DNA of 64,000 bases from Bacteroidaceae bacterium (GTDB lineage Bacteria > Bacteroidota > Bacteroidia > Bacteroidales > Bacteroidaceae), in contig JAUUPT010000012.1 of assembly GCA_030843315.1 (NCBI GenBank), positions 642 to 64,641 on the forward strand. The letters run 5' to 3'. The translations under genes were made by a program, and so were the position numbers. The notes beneath the pieces are model-generated. The model was given only the letters and a program-made list of their open reading frames with translations, did not search any database and was not told where the DNA came from. Shown in pieces: positions 30,205 through 39,999 of this stretch. Every line of letters starts with the position of its first letter. Position 1 is the stretch's first letter.

Positions 30205-32088
30205 ATGGAACAACTAAAGCATGAATGTGGCGTCGCCATGATACGCCTGCTGAAACCGCTGGAATACTACGAAGAGAAGTACGGCACATGGATGTACGGA
30301 CTGAACAAGCTCTATCTCCTGATGGAGAAACAACACAACCGCGGGCAGGAAGGTGCCGGACTGGCTTGCGTAAAGATGGAAGCCAATCCCGGTGAAGAGT
30401 ACATGTTTCGTGAACGTGCGCTGGGTTCGGGTGCCATCACCGAAATCTTCGGTACGGTGCAGAGCAACTTTAAGGATCTGACAAAGGAACAGCTACACGA
30501 TGCCGAATACGCAAAGCGCGTATTGCCTTTTGCCGGCGAAGTCTACATGGGACACCTGCGCTATTCCACTACCGGAAAGTCGGGAATTTCCTATGTGCAC
30601 CCGTTTCTAAGAAGAAACAACTGGCGTGCCAAGAACCTTGCCCTTTGCGGCAACTTCAACATGACGAACGTCGACGAAATCTTTGCACGTATCACCGCCA
30701 TCGGGCAGCATCCGCGCAAGTATGCCGATACTTACATCATGCTCGAACAGTTGGGGCACCGCCTCGACCGCGAAGTGGAACGCCTTTTTAACCTCGCCGA
30801 AGCCGAAGGGCTGACGGGGATGGGCGTAACCCATTATATTGAAGACCATATCGACCTTGCCAATATGCTGCGCACTTCGAGCAAGGAGTGGGACGGAGGA
30901 TACGTGATGTGCGGACTGACCGGAAGCGGTGAGACTTTTGCCGTGCGTGACCCCTGGGGCATCCGTACTGCATTCTGGTATCAGGACAGCGAGATAGCCG
31001 TGCTTGCCAGCGAACGCCCCGTGATACAGACCGCCCTCAATGTACCTGCCGATTCCATCAAGGAGTTGTTGCCGGGACAGGCCATGTTCATCAACAAGGC
31101 CGGTAAGGTGCGCACGGTGCAAATCAACAAGCCGCGTGAGGTGAGACCCTGTTCTTTCGAACGCATCTACTTCAGCCGTGGCAGCGACGAGGACATCTAT
31201 AAAGAACGTAAACTGTTGGGTGAAAAGTTGGTGCCTAACATCCTGAAAGCCATTGATAGCGACATCGACCATACCGTCTTTTCCTTCATTCCCAATACGG
31301 CGGAAGTTGCTTTCTACGGTATGTTGCAGGGACTGGACGAGTATCTCAATGAAGAGAAAGTGCAGCAGATTGCCAACCTGGGACATAAGCCCAGTCACGA
31401 AGAGTTGGAGAGCATTCTGTCCCGACGGATACGAAGCGAAAAGGTAGCCATCAAGGACATCAAACTGCGCACGTTTATCGCAGAAGGCAACAGCCGCAAC
31501 GACCTTGCCGCCCACGTGTACGACATCACTTACGGCAGCCTGGTACCCGATGTGGACAACCTCGTCATCATAGACGACTCGATTGTGCGCGGTACTACCC
31601 TGAAGCAAAGTATTATCGGCATCCTGGATCGCCTCAATCCGAAGAAGATAGTCATTGTCTCTTCTTCCCCGCAGGTACGCTACCCCGACTACTACGGCAT
31701 CGACATGGCGAAGATGAGCGAGTTCATTGCCTTCAAAGCCGCCATTGAGTTGCTGAAAGAGCGGGATATGAAGGACGTGATTGCCGCCGCCTACCGCAAA
31801 TCGAAAGACCAGGTAGGACTGCCGAAGGAGCAGATGGTGAACTACGTAAAAGATATCTATGCTCCCTTCACCGACGAAGAAATCTCCGCCAAGATGGTGG
31901 AATTGCTTACGCCGAAGGGAACGAAAGCCAAAGTTCAGATTGTCTACCAGCCCCTCGAAGGACTGCACGAAGCCTGTCCCAAGCATTCGGGTGACTGGTA
32001 CTTCAGCGGAGACTATCCCACACCGGGCGGCGTGAAGCTGCTGAATGAGGCGTTTATAGATTATATAGAACAAGTATATCAATTCTAA
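30205..32088 (+). CDS. purF: Amidophosphoribosyltransferase (long Bacteroidetes form)
   Basis: HECGV, HNRGQEGAG, GHLRYSTTG and IIDDSIVRGTT. Confidence 0.93.
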   Translation: MEQLKHECGVAMIRLLKPLEYYEEKYGTWMYGLNKLYLLMEKQHNRGQEGAGLACVKMEANPGEEYMFRERALGSGAITEIFGTVQSNFKDLTKEQLHDAEYAKRVLPFAGEVYMGHLRYSTTGKSGISYVHPFLRRNNWRAKNLALCGNFNMTNVDEIFARITAIGQHPRKYADTYIMLEQLGHRLDREVERLFNLAEAEGLTGMGVTHYIEDHIDLANMLRTSSKEWDGGYVMCGLTGSGETFAVRDPWGIRTAFWYQDSEIAVLASERPVIQTALNVPADSIKELLPGQAMFINKAGKVRTVQINKPREVRPCSFERIYFSRGSDEDIYKERKLLGEKLVPNILKAIDSDIDHTVFSFIPNTAEVAFYGMLQGLDEYLNEEKVQQIANLGHKPSHEELESILSRRIRSEKVAIKDIKLRTFIAEGNSRNDLAAHVYDITYGSLVPDVDNLVIIDDSIVRGTTLKQSIIGILDRLNPKKIVIVSSSPQVRYPDYYGIDMAKMSEFIAFKAAIELLKERDMKDVIAAAYRKSKDQVGLPKEQMVNYVKDIYAPFTDEEISAKMVELLTPKGTKAKVQIVYQPLEGLHEACPKHSGDWYFSGDYPTPGGVKLLNEAFIDYIEQVYQF

Positions 32089-32279
32089 TGGGAATGGAAG
32101 AAGAAGATAAGCAGAATAAGCGGAATAGACCTGGTAGTGGCATTTCATTAGGAGTTCTATTGGGGATTGTTTTTGGCATTATCTGGCATAAATTAGCTTT
32201 AGGAATAGGATTAGGATTGGCTATTGGAGTTGTTATAGAGGAAGTAAGAAAGAAAAAGAATAATCAAGATACAAAGTAA
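32088..32279 (+). CDS. Small glycine-zipper membrane protein (63 aa)
   Basis: Start overlaps the purF stop (TAATG). Two GxxxG-rich hydrophobic segments and a basic tail; AT-rich compared with flanking genes. Confidence 0.65.
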   Translation: MGMEEEDKQNKRNRPGSGISLGVLLGIVFGIIWHKLALGIGLGLAIGVVIEEVRKKKNNQDTK

Positions 32280-32287
32280 TACTATAA

Positions 32288-33364
32288 ATGAGAAATGTAA
32301 CTCTTATCCTCGACGACGGGAGCCGCTTTCACGGCAAGTCGTTTGGCTATGAAAAGCCGGTTGCGGGAGAGGTGGTCTTCAACACAGCCATGACGGGATA
32401 TCCCGAGAGCTTGACCGACCCTTCGTATGCCGGACAGTTGATGACGCTCACTTATCCGTTGGTGGGCAACTATGGTGTGCCGCCGTTCACCATCGAACCG
32501 AACGGACTGGCCACGTTCATGGAAAGCGAACGCATCCATGCCGAAGCCATCATCGTAAGTGACTACTCCGAGAACTACAGCCACTGGAACGCTGTGGAAA
32601 GCCTGGGCGACTGGCTGAAGCGCGAACAAGTGCCGGGCATCACGGGCATCGACACTCGCGAACTGACGAAGGTACTGCGCGAACATGGTGTGATGATGGG
32701 CAAAATCGTATTCGACGACGAGCCGGAGAATGTGCCCGAAGCCGTTTATGCCGGTGTGAACTATGTAGACAGAGTGAGTTGCAAAGAGGTAATCCGCTAC
32801 AACGAAGGTGCCGGTAAGAAGAAAGTAGTGCTGGTGGATTGTGGTGTCAAGACCAACATTATCCGCTGCCTGCTGATACGCGACGTAGAAGTAATCCGCG
32901 TGCCCTGGGATTACGATTACAACGGACTGGAGTTCGACGGCCTGTTCATCTCCAACGGTCCCGGCGACCCCGATACCTGCGATGCTGCCGTGCAGAATAT
33001 CCGCAAGGCAATGGCAAACGAGAAACTGCCCATCTTCGGCATCTGCATGGGAAACCAACTGCTGAGCAAAGCCGGAGGAGCAAAGATATACAAACTGAAA
33101 TACGGCCATCGCAGCCACAACCAGCCCGTGCGCATGGTGGGCACGGAGCGTTGCTTCATCACCTCACAGAATCATGGTTATGCAGTAGACAACAACACGC
33201 TGACCGCAGACTGGGAGCCGCTCTTCATCAACATGAACGACGGCTCTAACGAGGGTATCAAGCATAAGTGCAATCCCTGGTTCTCGGCACAGTTCCACCC
33301 GGAAGCTGCCTCGGGACCGACGGACACGGAGTTCTTGTTTGACGAGTTTGTGAAACTGCTGTAA
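32288..33364 (+). CDS. carA: Carbamoyl-phosphate synthase small subunit
   Basis: GEVVFNTAMTGY, SNGPGDP, GICMGNQ and QFHPEA. Confidence 0.98.
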   Translation: MRNVTLILDDGSRFHGKSFGYEKPVAGEVVFNTAMTGYPESLTDPSYAGQLMTLTYPLVGNYGVPPFTIEPNGLATFMESERIHAEAIIVSDYSENYSHWNAVESLGDWLKREQVPGITGIDTRELTKVLREHGVMMGKIVFDDEPENVPEAVYAGVNYVDRVSCKEVIRYNEGAGKKKVVLVDCGVKTNIIRCLLIRDVEVIRVPWDYDYNGLEFDGLFISNGPGDPDTCDAAVQNIRKAMANEKLPIFGICMGNQLLSKAGGAKIYKLKYGHRSHNQPVRMVGTERCFITSQNHGYAVDNNTLTADWEPLFINMNDGSNEGIKHKCNPWFSAQFHPEAASGPTDTEFLFDEFVKLL

Positions 33365-33387
33365 TCACCTTATTAAACGTACAACAA

Positions 33388-36300
33388 ATGAAAGAAGACA
33401 ATATAAAGAAAGTCCTGCTGCTTGGTTCCGGTGCACTGAAAATCGGGGAAGCGGGAGAGTTTGACTACTCCGGTTCGCAGGCGCTCAAAGCGTTGAAGGA
33501 AGAAGGTATCCACACCGTCCTCATCAACCCTAACATCGCCACGGTACAGACCTCGGAAGGCGTTGCCGACCAGATTTACTTCCTGCCCGTCACCCCTTAC
33601 TTCGTGGAGAAGGTCATCGAGAAGGAACGTCCCGACGGCATCATGCTTGCCTTTGGCGGACAGACGGCGCTGAACTGCGGTGTAGCCCTCTATAAAGACA
33701 AGATATTCGAGAAATACAATGTCCGGGTGCTCGGTACCCCCGTACAAGCCATTATCGACACCGAAGACCGTGAAATCTTCGTGCAGAAGCTGGACGAGAT
33801 TGAGGTAAAGACCATCCAGAGCGAAGCGGTGGAGAATGCCGCCGATGCCCGCCGTGCTGCAGCCGAGCTGGGTTATCCGGTCATTGTCCGCGCTGCATAC
33901 GCACTCGGCGGACTGGGATCGGGTTTCTGCGACAACGAAGAAGAACTGAATGTACTGGTGGAAAAAGCCTTCTCCTTCTCTCCGCAGGTACTCGTAGAAA
34001 AGTCCTTGCGCGGATGGAAAGAGGTGGAGTACGAGGTAGTGCGCGACCGCTTCGACAACTGTATCACCGTCTGCAACATGGAGAACTTCGACCCGCTGGG
34101 CATCCATACGGGAGAGTCCATCGTCATCGCCCCGTCGCAAACGCTGAGCAACCGCGACTATCATAAACTGCGCGAACTGGCTATCCGCATCATCCGCCAC
34201 ATCGGCATTGTGGGTGAGTGCAACGTACAGTACGCCTACGACCCCGAGAGCGAGGACTACCGCGTAATCGAGGTAAATGCCCGCTTGAGCCGTTCTTCTG
34301 CATTGGCTTCTAAAGCAACGGGTTATCCGCTGGCCTTCGTAGCTGCAAAACTCGGACTGGGTTACGGTCTGTTCGACTTGAAAAACTCGGTTACTAAGAC
34401 CACAAGCGCCTTCTTTGAGCCGGCTTTGGACTATGTAGTCTGCAAGATTCCCCGTTGGGACTTGGGCAAGTTCCACGGCGTGGACAAGGAACTCGGTTCT
34501 TCCATGAAGTCCGTAGGCGAGGTGATGGCAATCGGCCGCACCTTTGAAGAAGCCATTCAGAAAGGATTGAGAATGATAGGCCAGGGCATGCACGGCTTCG
34601 TGGAGAACAAGGAGCTTGTTATCCCCGACATTGACAAAGCCTTGCACGAGCCTACCGACAAGCGCATCTTCGTTATCTCCAAAGCCTTCCGTGCCGGATA
34701 TACCGTAGACCAGGTGCACGAACTGACCAAGATCGACCGCTGGTTCCTGGAGAAGCTGATGAACATTATGAATACCGACAAAGAGTTGGAGCAGTGGAGC
34801 AAGAACCATAAGCAGATTGCCGACCTGCCCATCGACCTGCTTCGCAAAGCCAAGGTGCAAGGCTTCTCCGACTTCCAGATAGCCCGTGCCACCGGTTACG
34901 AGGGAGACATGGAGGACGGCATTCTCTTTATACGCAACTACCGCAAGAGCGTAGGCGTAGTGCCGGTAGTGAAACAGATCGACACCCTTGCCGCCGAATA
35001 CCCCGCGCAAACCAACTACTTGTACCTGACGTACAGCGGCATCGCCAATGACGTGAAGTACCTCGGTGACCGCAAATCCATCGTTGTACTCGGTTCCGGT
35101 GCCTATCGTATCGGCTCTTCGGTAGAGTTCGACTGGTGCGGTGTGCAGGCGCTGAACACCATCCGTAAGGAAGGTTACCGCAGTGTCATGATAAATTACA
35201 ACCCCGAAACCGTATCTACGGACTATGATATGTGCGACCGCCTCTACTTTGACGAGCTCACCTTCGAGCGCGTGATGGATATCCTCGAACTGGAGAATCC
35301 GCATGGCGTCATCGTCTCTACCGGTGGTCAGATACCGAACAACCTTGCCATGCGCCTCGACGAACAGAACGTGCCCATCCTCGGCACAAGCGCCAAGAGC
35401 ATCGACAATGCCGAAGACCGCGATAAGTTCTCCGCCATGCTCGACCGCATCGGCGTGGATCAGCCCGAATGGAGCGCGCTTACTTCACTGGAAGACATCA
35501 ATGCTTTCGTTGATAAGGTAGGTTTCCCGGTACTGGTTCGCCCGTCGTACGTGCTTTCCGGTGCGGCAATGAACGTTTGCTCCAATCAGGAGGAACTGGA
35601 ACGTTTCTTGCAGTTGGCAGCCAATGTTTCGAAGAAGCATCCGGTAGTAGTCAGCCAGTTCATCGAGCACGCCAAAGAGGTGGAGATGGATGCCGTGGCA
35701 CAGAACGGTGAAATCATTGCCTACGCCATCAGCGAACATATCGAGTTTGCCGGTGTGCACTCCGGTGACGCCACTATCCAGTTCCCGCCGCAGAAGCTGT
35801 ATGTGGAGACCGTACGCCGCATCAAGCGCATCAGTCGCGAGATTGCCCGCGAGCTCAATATTTCCGGCCCGTTCAACGTTCAATACTTGGCTCGCGAGAA
35901 TGACATCAAGGTCATTGAATGTAACTTGCGTGCATCGCGTTCATTCCCCTTCGTTAGCAAGGTGTTGAAGATAAACCTCATCGAACTGGCCACGAAGGTA
36001 ATGCTCGGCATCCCCGTGCAGAAACTGGACAAGAACCTCTTCGACCTGGACTATGTAGGCATCAAGGCAAGCCAGTTCTCCTTCAACCGTCTGCAAAAGG
36101 CAGACCCGGTGCTGGGAGTGGATATGGCATCTACGGGTGAGGTAGGCTGCATCGGCAGCGACACTTCCTGTGCTATCCTCAAGTCAATGCTTTCTGTGGG
36201 TTACCGCATTCCGAAGAAGAATATCCTGCTTTCTACCGGTACGCCGAAGCAGAAAGTGGATATGCTTGCTGCCGCCCGCATGCTCCAAAAGAAGGGTTAC

Positions 36301-36621
36301 AAGATATTCGCCACCGGTGGTTCCAGCAACTTCCTCACGGAAAATGGTGTGGAGAATACCCGCGTCTACTGGCCCAGCGAGCCCGAAAAGCAGCCGCAGG
36401 CACTCGACATGCTGCATCAGAAGGAGATAGACATGGTAGTGAATATCCCGAAGAACCTCACCGCAGGCGAACTGGATAACGGCTACAAGATACGCCGTGC
36501 CGCCATCGACCTCAATATCCCGCTGATAACGAATGCCCGCCTGGCAAGTGCATTCATCCAGGCATTCTGTACGATGAGCGTGGACGATATTGCCATCAAG
36601 TCGTGGGCGGAATATAAGTAA
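33388..36621 (+). CDS. carB: Carbamoyl-phosphate synthase large subunit
   Basis: IGEAGEFDYSG, duplicated ATP-grasp domains and a C-terminal MGS domain. Confidence 0.98.
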   Translation: MKEDNIKKVLLLGSGALKIGEAGEFDYSGSQALKALKEEGIHTVLINPNIATVQTSEGVADQIYFLPVTPYFVEKVIEKERPDGIMLAFGGQTALNCGVALYKDKIFEKYNVRVLGTPVQAIIDTEDREIFVQKLDEIEVKTIQSEAVENAADARRAAAELGYPVIVRAAYALGGLGSGFCDNEEELNVLVEKAFSFSPQVLVEKSLRGWKEVEYEVVRDRFDNCITVCNMENFDPLGIHTGESIVIAPSQTLSNRDYHKLRELAIRIIRHIGIVGECNVQYAYDPESEDYRVIEVNARLSRSSALASKATGYPLAFVAAKLGLGYGLFDLKNSVTKTTSAFFEPALDYVVCKIPRWDLGKFHGVDKELGSSMKSVGEVMAIGRTFEEAIQKGLRMIGQGMHGFVENKELVIPDIDKALHEPTDKRIFVISKAFRAGYTVDQVHELTKIDRWFLEKLMNIMNTDKELEQWSKNHKQIADLPIDLLRKAKVQGFSDFQIARATGYEGDMEDGILFIRNYRKSVGVVPVVKQIDTLAAEYPAQTNYLYLTYSGIANDVKYLGDRKSIVVLGSGAYRIGSSVEFDWCGVQALNTIRKEGYRSVMINYNPETVSTDYDMCDRLYFDELTFERVMDILELENPHGVIVSTGGQIPNNLAMRLDEQNVPILGTSAKSIDNAEDRDKFSAMLDRIGVDQPEWSALTSLEDINAFVDKVGFPVLVRPSYVLSGAAMNVCSNQEELERFLQLAANVSKKHPVVVSQFIEHAKEVEMDAVAQNGEIIAYAISEHIEFAGVHSGDATIQFPPQKLYVETVRRIKRISREIARELNISGPFNVQYLARENDIKVIECNLRASRSFPFVSKVLKINLIELATKVMLGIPVQKLDKNLFDLDYVGIKASQFSFNRLQKADPVLGVDMASTGEVGCIGSDTSCAILKSMLSVGYRIPKKNILLSTGTPKQKVDMLAAARMLQKKGYKIFATGGSSNFLTENGVENTRVYWPSEPEKQPQALDMLHQKEIDMVVNIPKNLTAGELDNGYKIRRAAIDLNIPLITNARLASAFIQAFCTMSVDDIAIKSWAEYK

Positions 36622-36636
36622 GACTACTCAGTAAGG

Positions 36637-36675
36637 CAAATGCCACACTTCGCGAGTGCTGAAGTGTGGCATTTG
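36637..36675. terminator. Terminator hairpin between convergent carB and the AraC gene
   Basis: CAAATGCCACACTTC pairs with GAAGTGTGGCATTTG (15-bp perfect stem). Confidence 0.85.
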
Positions 36676-36692
36676 TTCTGTTTAGGTGTGGC

Positions 36693-37592
36693 TTATGTTT
36701 TCTGATATTCCGCCGGTGTCATTCCCGTCATCCGCTTGAAGAACTTGGAGAAGAACGACGGGTTAGGGAAGTTCAGTTCATCCGAAATCTGGAACACCAG
36801 CAGGTCGCTGTGCTTTAGCATGACCTTTGCTTCGAGGACAACGGCCTGGTTAATCCATTGCATGATTGTTTGTCCGCTTGTATCACGAATCACCGTACTC
36901 AGGTAGTGGGGTGTCAGGCAGAGTTTGTCGGCATAGAAGCTGATGTTGCGTTCGTGCTTGGCATGCTCGTTCACCAGGGTAATGAAGCGGCGGAACACTT
37001 CCTCCTGACGTGAGAGGCGGGCGGGGAGAGATACCTGTTTCTGGTCCCGGATATACCTTATATCATATAGTAGAGCAGTAACCAGGCTTTGCACCACTTC
37101 CCGGCGGAAAGGAGTGCGGTGCAGGGTTTCCCATAACAACGAGAAGAACACGCCGATGTGCTCCCATTCCTCGGTAGTGAGTGAGAGCAGAATGCCATGC
37201 TGTCCACACAGCTCCGCCAGGACACCATGCTGCATAGCAGGCAGGAAGTCATTCTCGGGAACAATCACTTGAAAATCGTAGTCGGGACTTAGCGCTATCA
37301 GTTCTATCAGGGAATTGGGTGGAGAGACGATAATCATCTGCTCCCTGACTTCGTGCTCCACGAGGTTAATGGATATGCGTCCCACACCGCGAATGATGCG
37401 TATGATACGGCACTCGCTGGTGCGGTAGGGCTGCCCTGTGCGGAACAACGAGCTTTGCATCTGTACAAAACTGATAACCATGCCGATGCCTCGCTGGATA
37501 GAACGGAATTCAGCATTCGTGATGAGGTCGGCCCTGTCTCTTAATTCCTGGAATCCAAGGCTCAGAGGTTTATTCTTTTCCATTGCTTTCAT
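36693..37592 (-). CDS. AraC-family transcriptional regulator
   Basis: C-terminal double HTH (FYADKLCLTPHYLS...ISDELNFPNPSFFSKFFKRMTGMTPAEY); divergent from the efflux operon. Confidence 0.93.
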   Translation of the reverse strand: MKAMEKNKPLSLGFQELRDRADLITNAEFRSIQRGIGMVISFVQMQSSLFRTGQPYRTSECRIIRIIRGVGRISINLVEHEVREQMIIVSPPNSLIELIALSPDYDFQVIVPENDFLPAMQHGVLAELCGQHGILLSLTTEEWEHIGVFFSLLWETLHRTPFRREVVQSLVTALLYDIRYIRDQKQVSLPARLSRQEEVFRRFITLVNEHAKHERNISFYADKLCLTPHYLSTVIRDTSGQTIMQWINQAVVLEAKVMLKHSDLLVFQISDELNFPNPSFFSKFFKRMTGMTPAEYQKT

Positions 37593-37618
37593 TTCTGTTG
37601 ATGGATATATATCTGTGG

Positions 37619-37730
37619 CAAAGATAAGAAAATACGGGGATTTATTGCCTTTTATTGCTGTATATCGAACTAATGGGACATATTGTATGAGTAATGGAAA
37701 GTAATCATATATCTTTATAGTCTATCTTTG
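37619..37730. promoter_or_regulatory. Divergent -7 promoter elements (AraC gene / efflux operon)
   Basis: CAAAGATA at 37619-37626 (TATCTTTG on the minus strand) and TATCTTTG at 37723-37730. Confidence 0.6.
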
Positions 37731-37760
37731 CACCCGATGAAACAAAAACAGAAACAATAT

Positions 37761-39029
37761 ATGGATATGAAACGAACCATTCTTTCTTTCTCCTTTCTCG
37801 TTGCTGCAACGCTGCTGCCTGCCCAGCTTACGTTGGAGGCGTGCCAGCGACAGGCACAGGCAAACTATCCGCTGGTACGCCAGTACGGACTGATAGAGAA
37901 AGCGCGCGAATACGACCTTTCCAATGCCGGGAAAGGGTATCTGCCCCAGTTCTCATTGTCGGGCAAGGCGACGTATCAGAGCGATGTGACGGAATTGCCG
38001 GTCGAGGTACCGGACGTTAATGTAAAAGGTTTGCCAAAAGACCAGTATCAAGTGATGCTCGAAGTACAGCAAACCCTTTGGGACGGTGGAGATATCCGTT
38101 CCCGAAAGCGCTTGACGCGTGCCGCCTCGGAGGTGGAACAGGAAAAGCAGAACGTGGATATGTATGCCTTGAACGACCGCATCAACCAACTCTTCTTCGG
38201 TATCTTGCTGCTGGACGAACAGTTGAAGCAAAATCAACTCTTGCAGGAAGATTTAGGCAGAACCCATACGCAAGTATCCAATTATATAGCCAATGGCATA
38301 GCCACCCAAAGCGACCTGGATGCCGTCAGCGTAGAACTACTGAACACCAAACAGCGCCGCATCGAACTGGAAACCTCCCGCCGGGCATACGTGAATATGC
38401 TGGCCGCCTTTATCGGCAAGGACATTCCCCAGGAAACGGCTTTGCTGAAACCTGCATCGGAAGATATTGACAGTGGGGAAGCAAAGGATAACAACCGTCC
38501 CGAACTGCGCTGGTTCGATGCCCAGGGAGAGCGGCTGAACGTGCAGGAATCCATGCTGAAAACCCGGTATATGCCGCGCTTGGGATTGTTTGTGCAGGGT
38601 GCATACGGTAACCCGGGACTGAATATGTTGAAGAATGAGTTTAGTCCTTATTATATTGCCGGTGTCCGTATGTCGTGGAACTTTGGTAGCTTGTATACAC
38701 TGAAGAACGACCGCCGCCAGATAGACAATTCGCGCCGGCAGATAGAAACCAGCCGCGACGTGTTCCTCTTTAATACCCGGCTGGAAGCTACGCAGCAAGA
38801 TGCAAGCGTACTGTCTATGCGCCGCCAGATGAAAGATGATGATGAAATTATCCGTCTGCGCGAGAATATCCGCCGGGCTGCCCAGGCAAAGGTGGAGAAC
38901 GGAACGCTGACCGTGACCGATATGCTCCGCGAGATTACGAATGAGAACCTGGCGCGTCAGACGAAAGCATTGCACGAGGTGCAGTTGCTGATGAACATCT
39001 GGCAGTTAAAGTACACATTGAATCAATGA
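37761..39029 (+). CDS. TolC-family outer-membrane efflux protein
   Basis: Signal peptide, LTLEAC...NYP, YLPQFSL and repeated helical outer-membrane-efflux halves. Confidence 0.9.
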   Translation: MDMKRTILSFSFLVAATLLPAQLTLEACQRQAQANYPLVRQYGLIEKAREYDLSNAGKGYLPQFSLSGKATYQSDVTELPVEVPDVNVKGLPKDQYQVMLEVQQTLWDGGDIRSRKRLTRAASEVEQEKQNVDMYALNDRINQLFFGILLLDEQLKQNQLLQEDLGRTHTQVSNYIANGIATQSDLDAVSVELLNTKQRRIELETSRRAYVNMLAAFIGKDIPQETALLKPASEDIDSGEAKDNNRPELRWFDAQGERLNVQESMLKTRYMPRLGLFVQGAYGNPGLNMLKNEFSPYYIAGVRMSWNFGSLYTLKNDRRQIDNSRRQIETSRDVFLFNTRLEATQQDASVLSMRRQMKDDDEIIRLRENIRRAAQAKVENGTLTVTDMLREITNENLARQTKALHEVQLLMNIWQLKYTLNQ

Positions 39030-39074
39030 TAACCCCGAACTTATCTCCGAATAACAATAAAAACATATATCATT

Positions 39075-39971
39075 ATGAAGCCATTAAAGCTATTTCCCCT
39101 CTTGTTTATCTTCGCTGCATGCAGTAGCGGCCTCGCCGAATACGATGCCACGGGAACCTTTGAAACTACTGAAGTCCTCGTCTCCGCCGAGGCTTCGGGC
39201 AAGCTCCTCAACTTCGACATCGAAGAAGGCACCGCACTGAAAGCAGGCGCCGAAGTCGGCATCATCGACACCGTACAACTCTATCTGAAGAAGTTGCAAC
39301 TGGAAGCCAGTGCCAAGTCCGTCTCCGACCAGCGCCCCGACATATTGAAGCAAGTGGCCGCCACCAAGGAACAGATCGTACAAGCCAAGCGTGAGCGCGA
39401 CCGCGTAGCGAATCTTCTCCGTGTAGGCGCTGCCAATCAGAAGCAGTTGGACGACGCCGAGTCCTTGCTCGAAGTGCTGAATAAGCAACTCGCCGCCCAA
39501 AACTCCACCTTGCAGAACAGTGACCGCAGCTTGACGTGGCAGAGTTCTTCCGTCGGCATACAAGTGGCGCAGGTGGAAGACCAACTCAGCAAATGCCACA
39601 TCACCTCGCCCCTGACCGGCACCGTACTTGCCAAATACGCCGAAGCCGGAGAGCTTGCTGTGCCGGGCACCCCGCTCTTCAAGGTAGCCGATATGGAGCA
39701 GATCTACCTTCGTGCCTACATCACCTCCGAACAGCTTGCCGGGATAAAACTGGGGCAGAAGGCCACCGTCTATTCCGATTACGGCAAGGACGTGCGGAAA
39801 GAATATCCGGGCTTCGTCACCTGGATTTCCGATACCTCCGAGTTCACCCCGAAAACTATCTTGACGAAGGATGAACGCGCCAACCTGGTGTATGCCGTCA
39901 AGATAGCGGTGAAGAACGACGGGTTGTTGAAGATAGGTATGTACGGCGGAGTAACCTTCGGCGATAAATGA
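39075..39971 (+). CDS. HlyD-family periplasmic adaptor lipoprotein
   Basis: Lipobox FAAC, lipoyl halves (VSAEASGKL, ITSPLTGTV) and SEFTPKTI. Confidence 0.92.
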   Translation: MKPLKLFPLLFIFAACSSGLAEYDATGTFETTEVLVSAEASGKLLNFDIEEGTALKAGAEVGIIDTVQLYLKKLQLEASAKSVSDQRPDILKQVAATKEQIVQAKRERDRVANLLRVGAANQKQLDDAESLLEVLNKQLAAQNSTLQNSDRSLTWQSSSVGIQVAQVEDQLSKCHITSPLTGTVLAKYAEAGELAVPGTPLFKVADMEQIYLRAYITSEQLAGIKLGQKATVYSDYGKDVRKEYPGFVTWISDTSEFTPKTILTKDERANLVYAVKIAVKNDGLLKIGMYGGVTFGDK

Positions 39972-39999
39972 TTAGTGATAAATAACAAGTGATTTGCTC

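Noticed and set aside
20277..35304. Long antisense ORFs (e.g. 20277-21821, 24649-25713, 30607-32148, 33373-35304)
   Set aside because: Shadow frames of GC3-rich housekeeping genes with no recognisable motifs.
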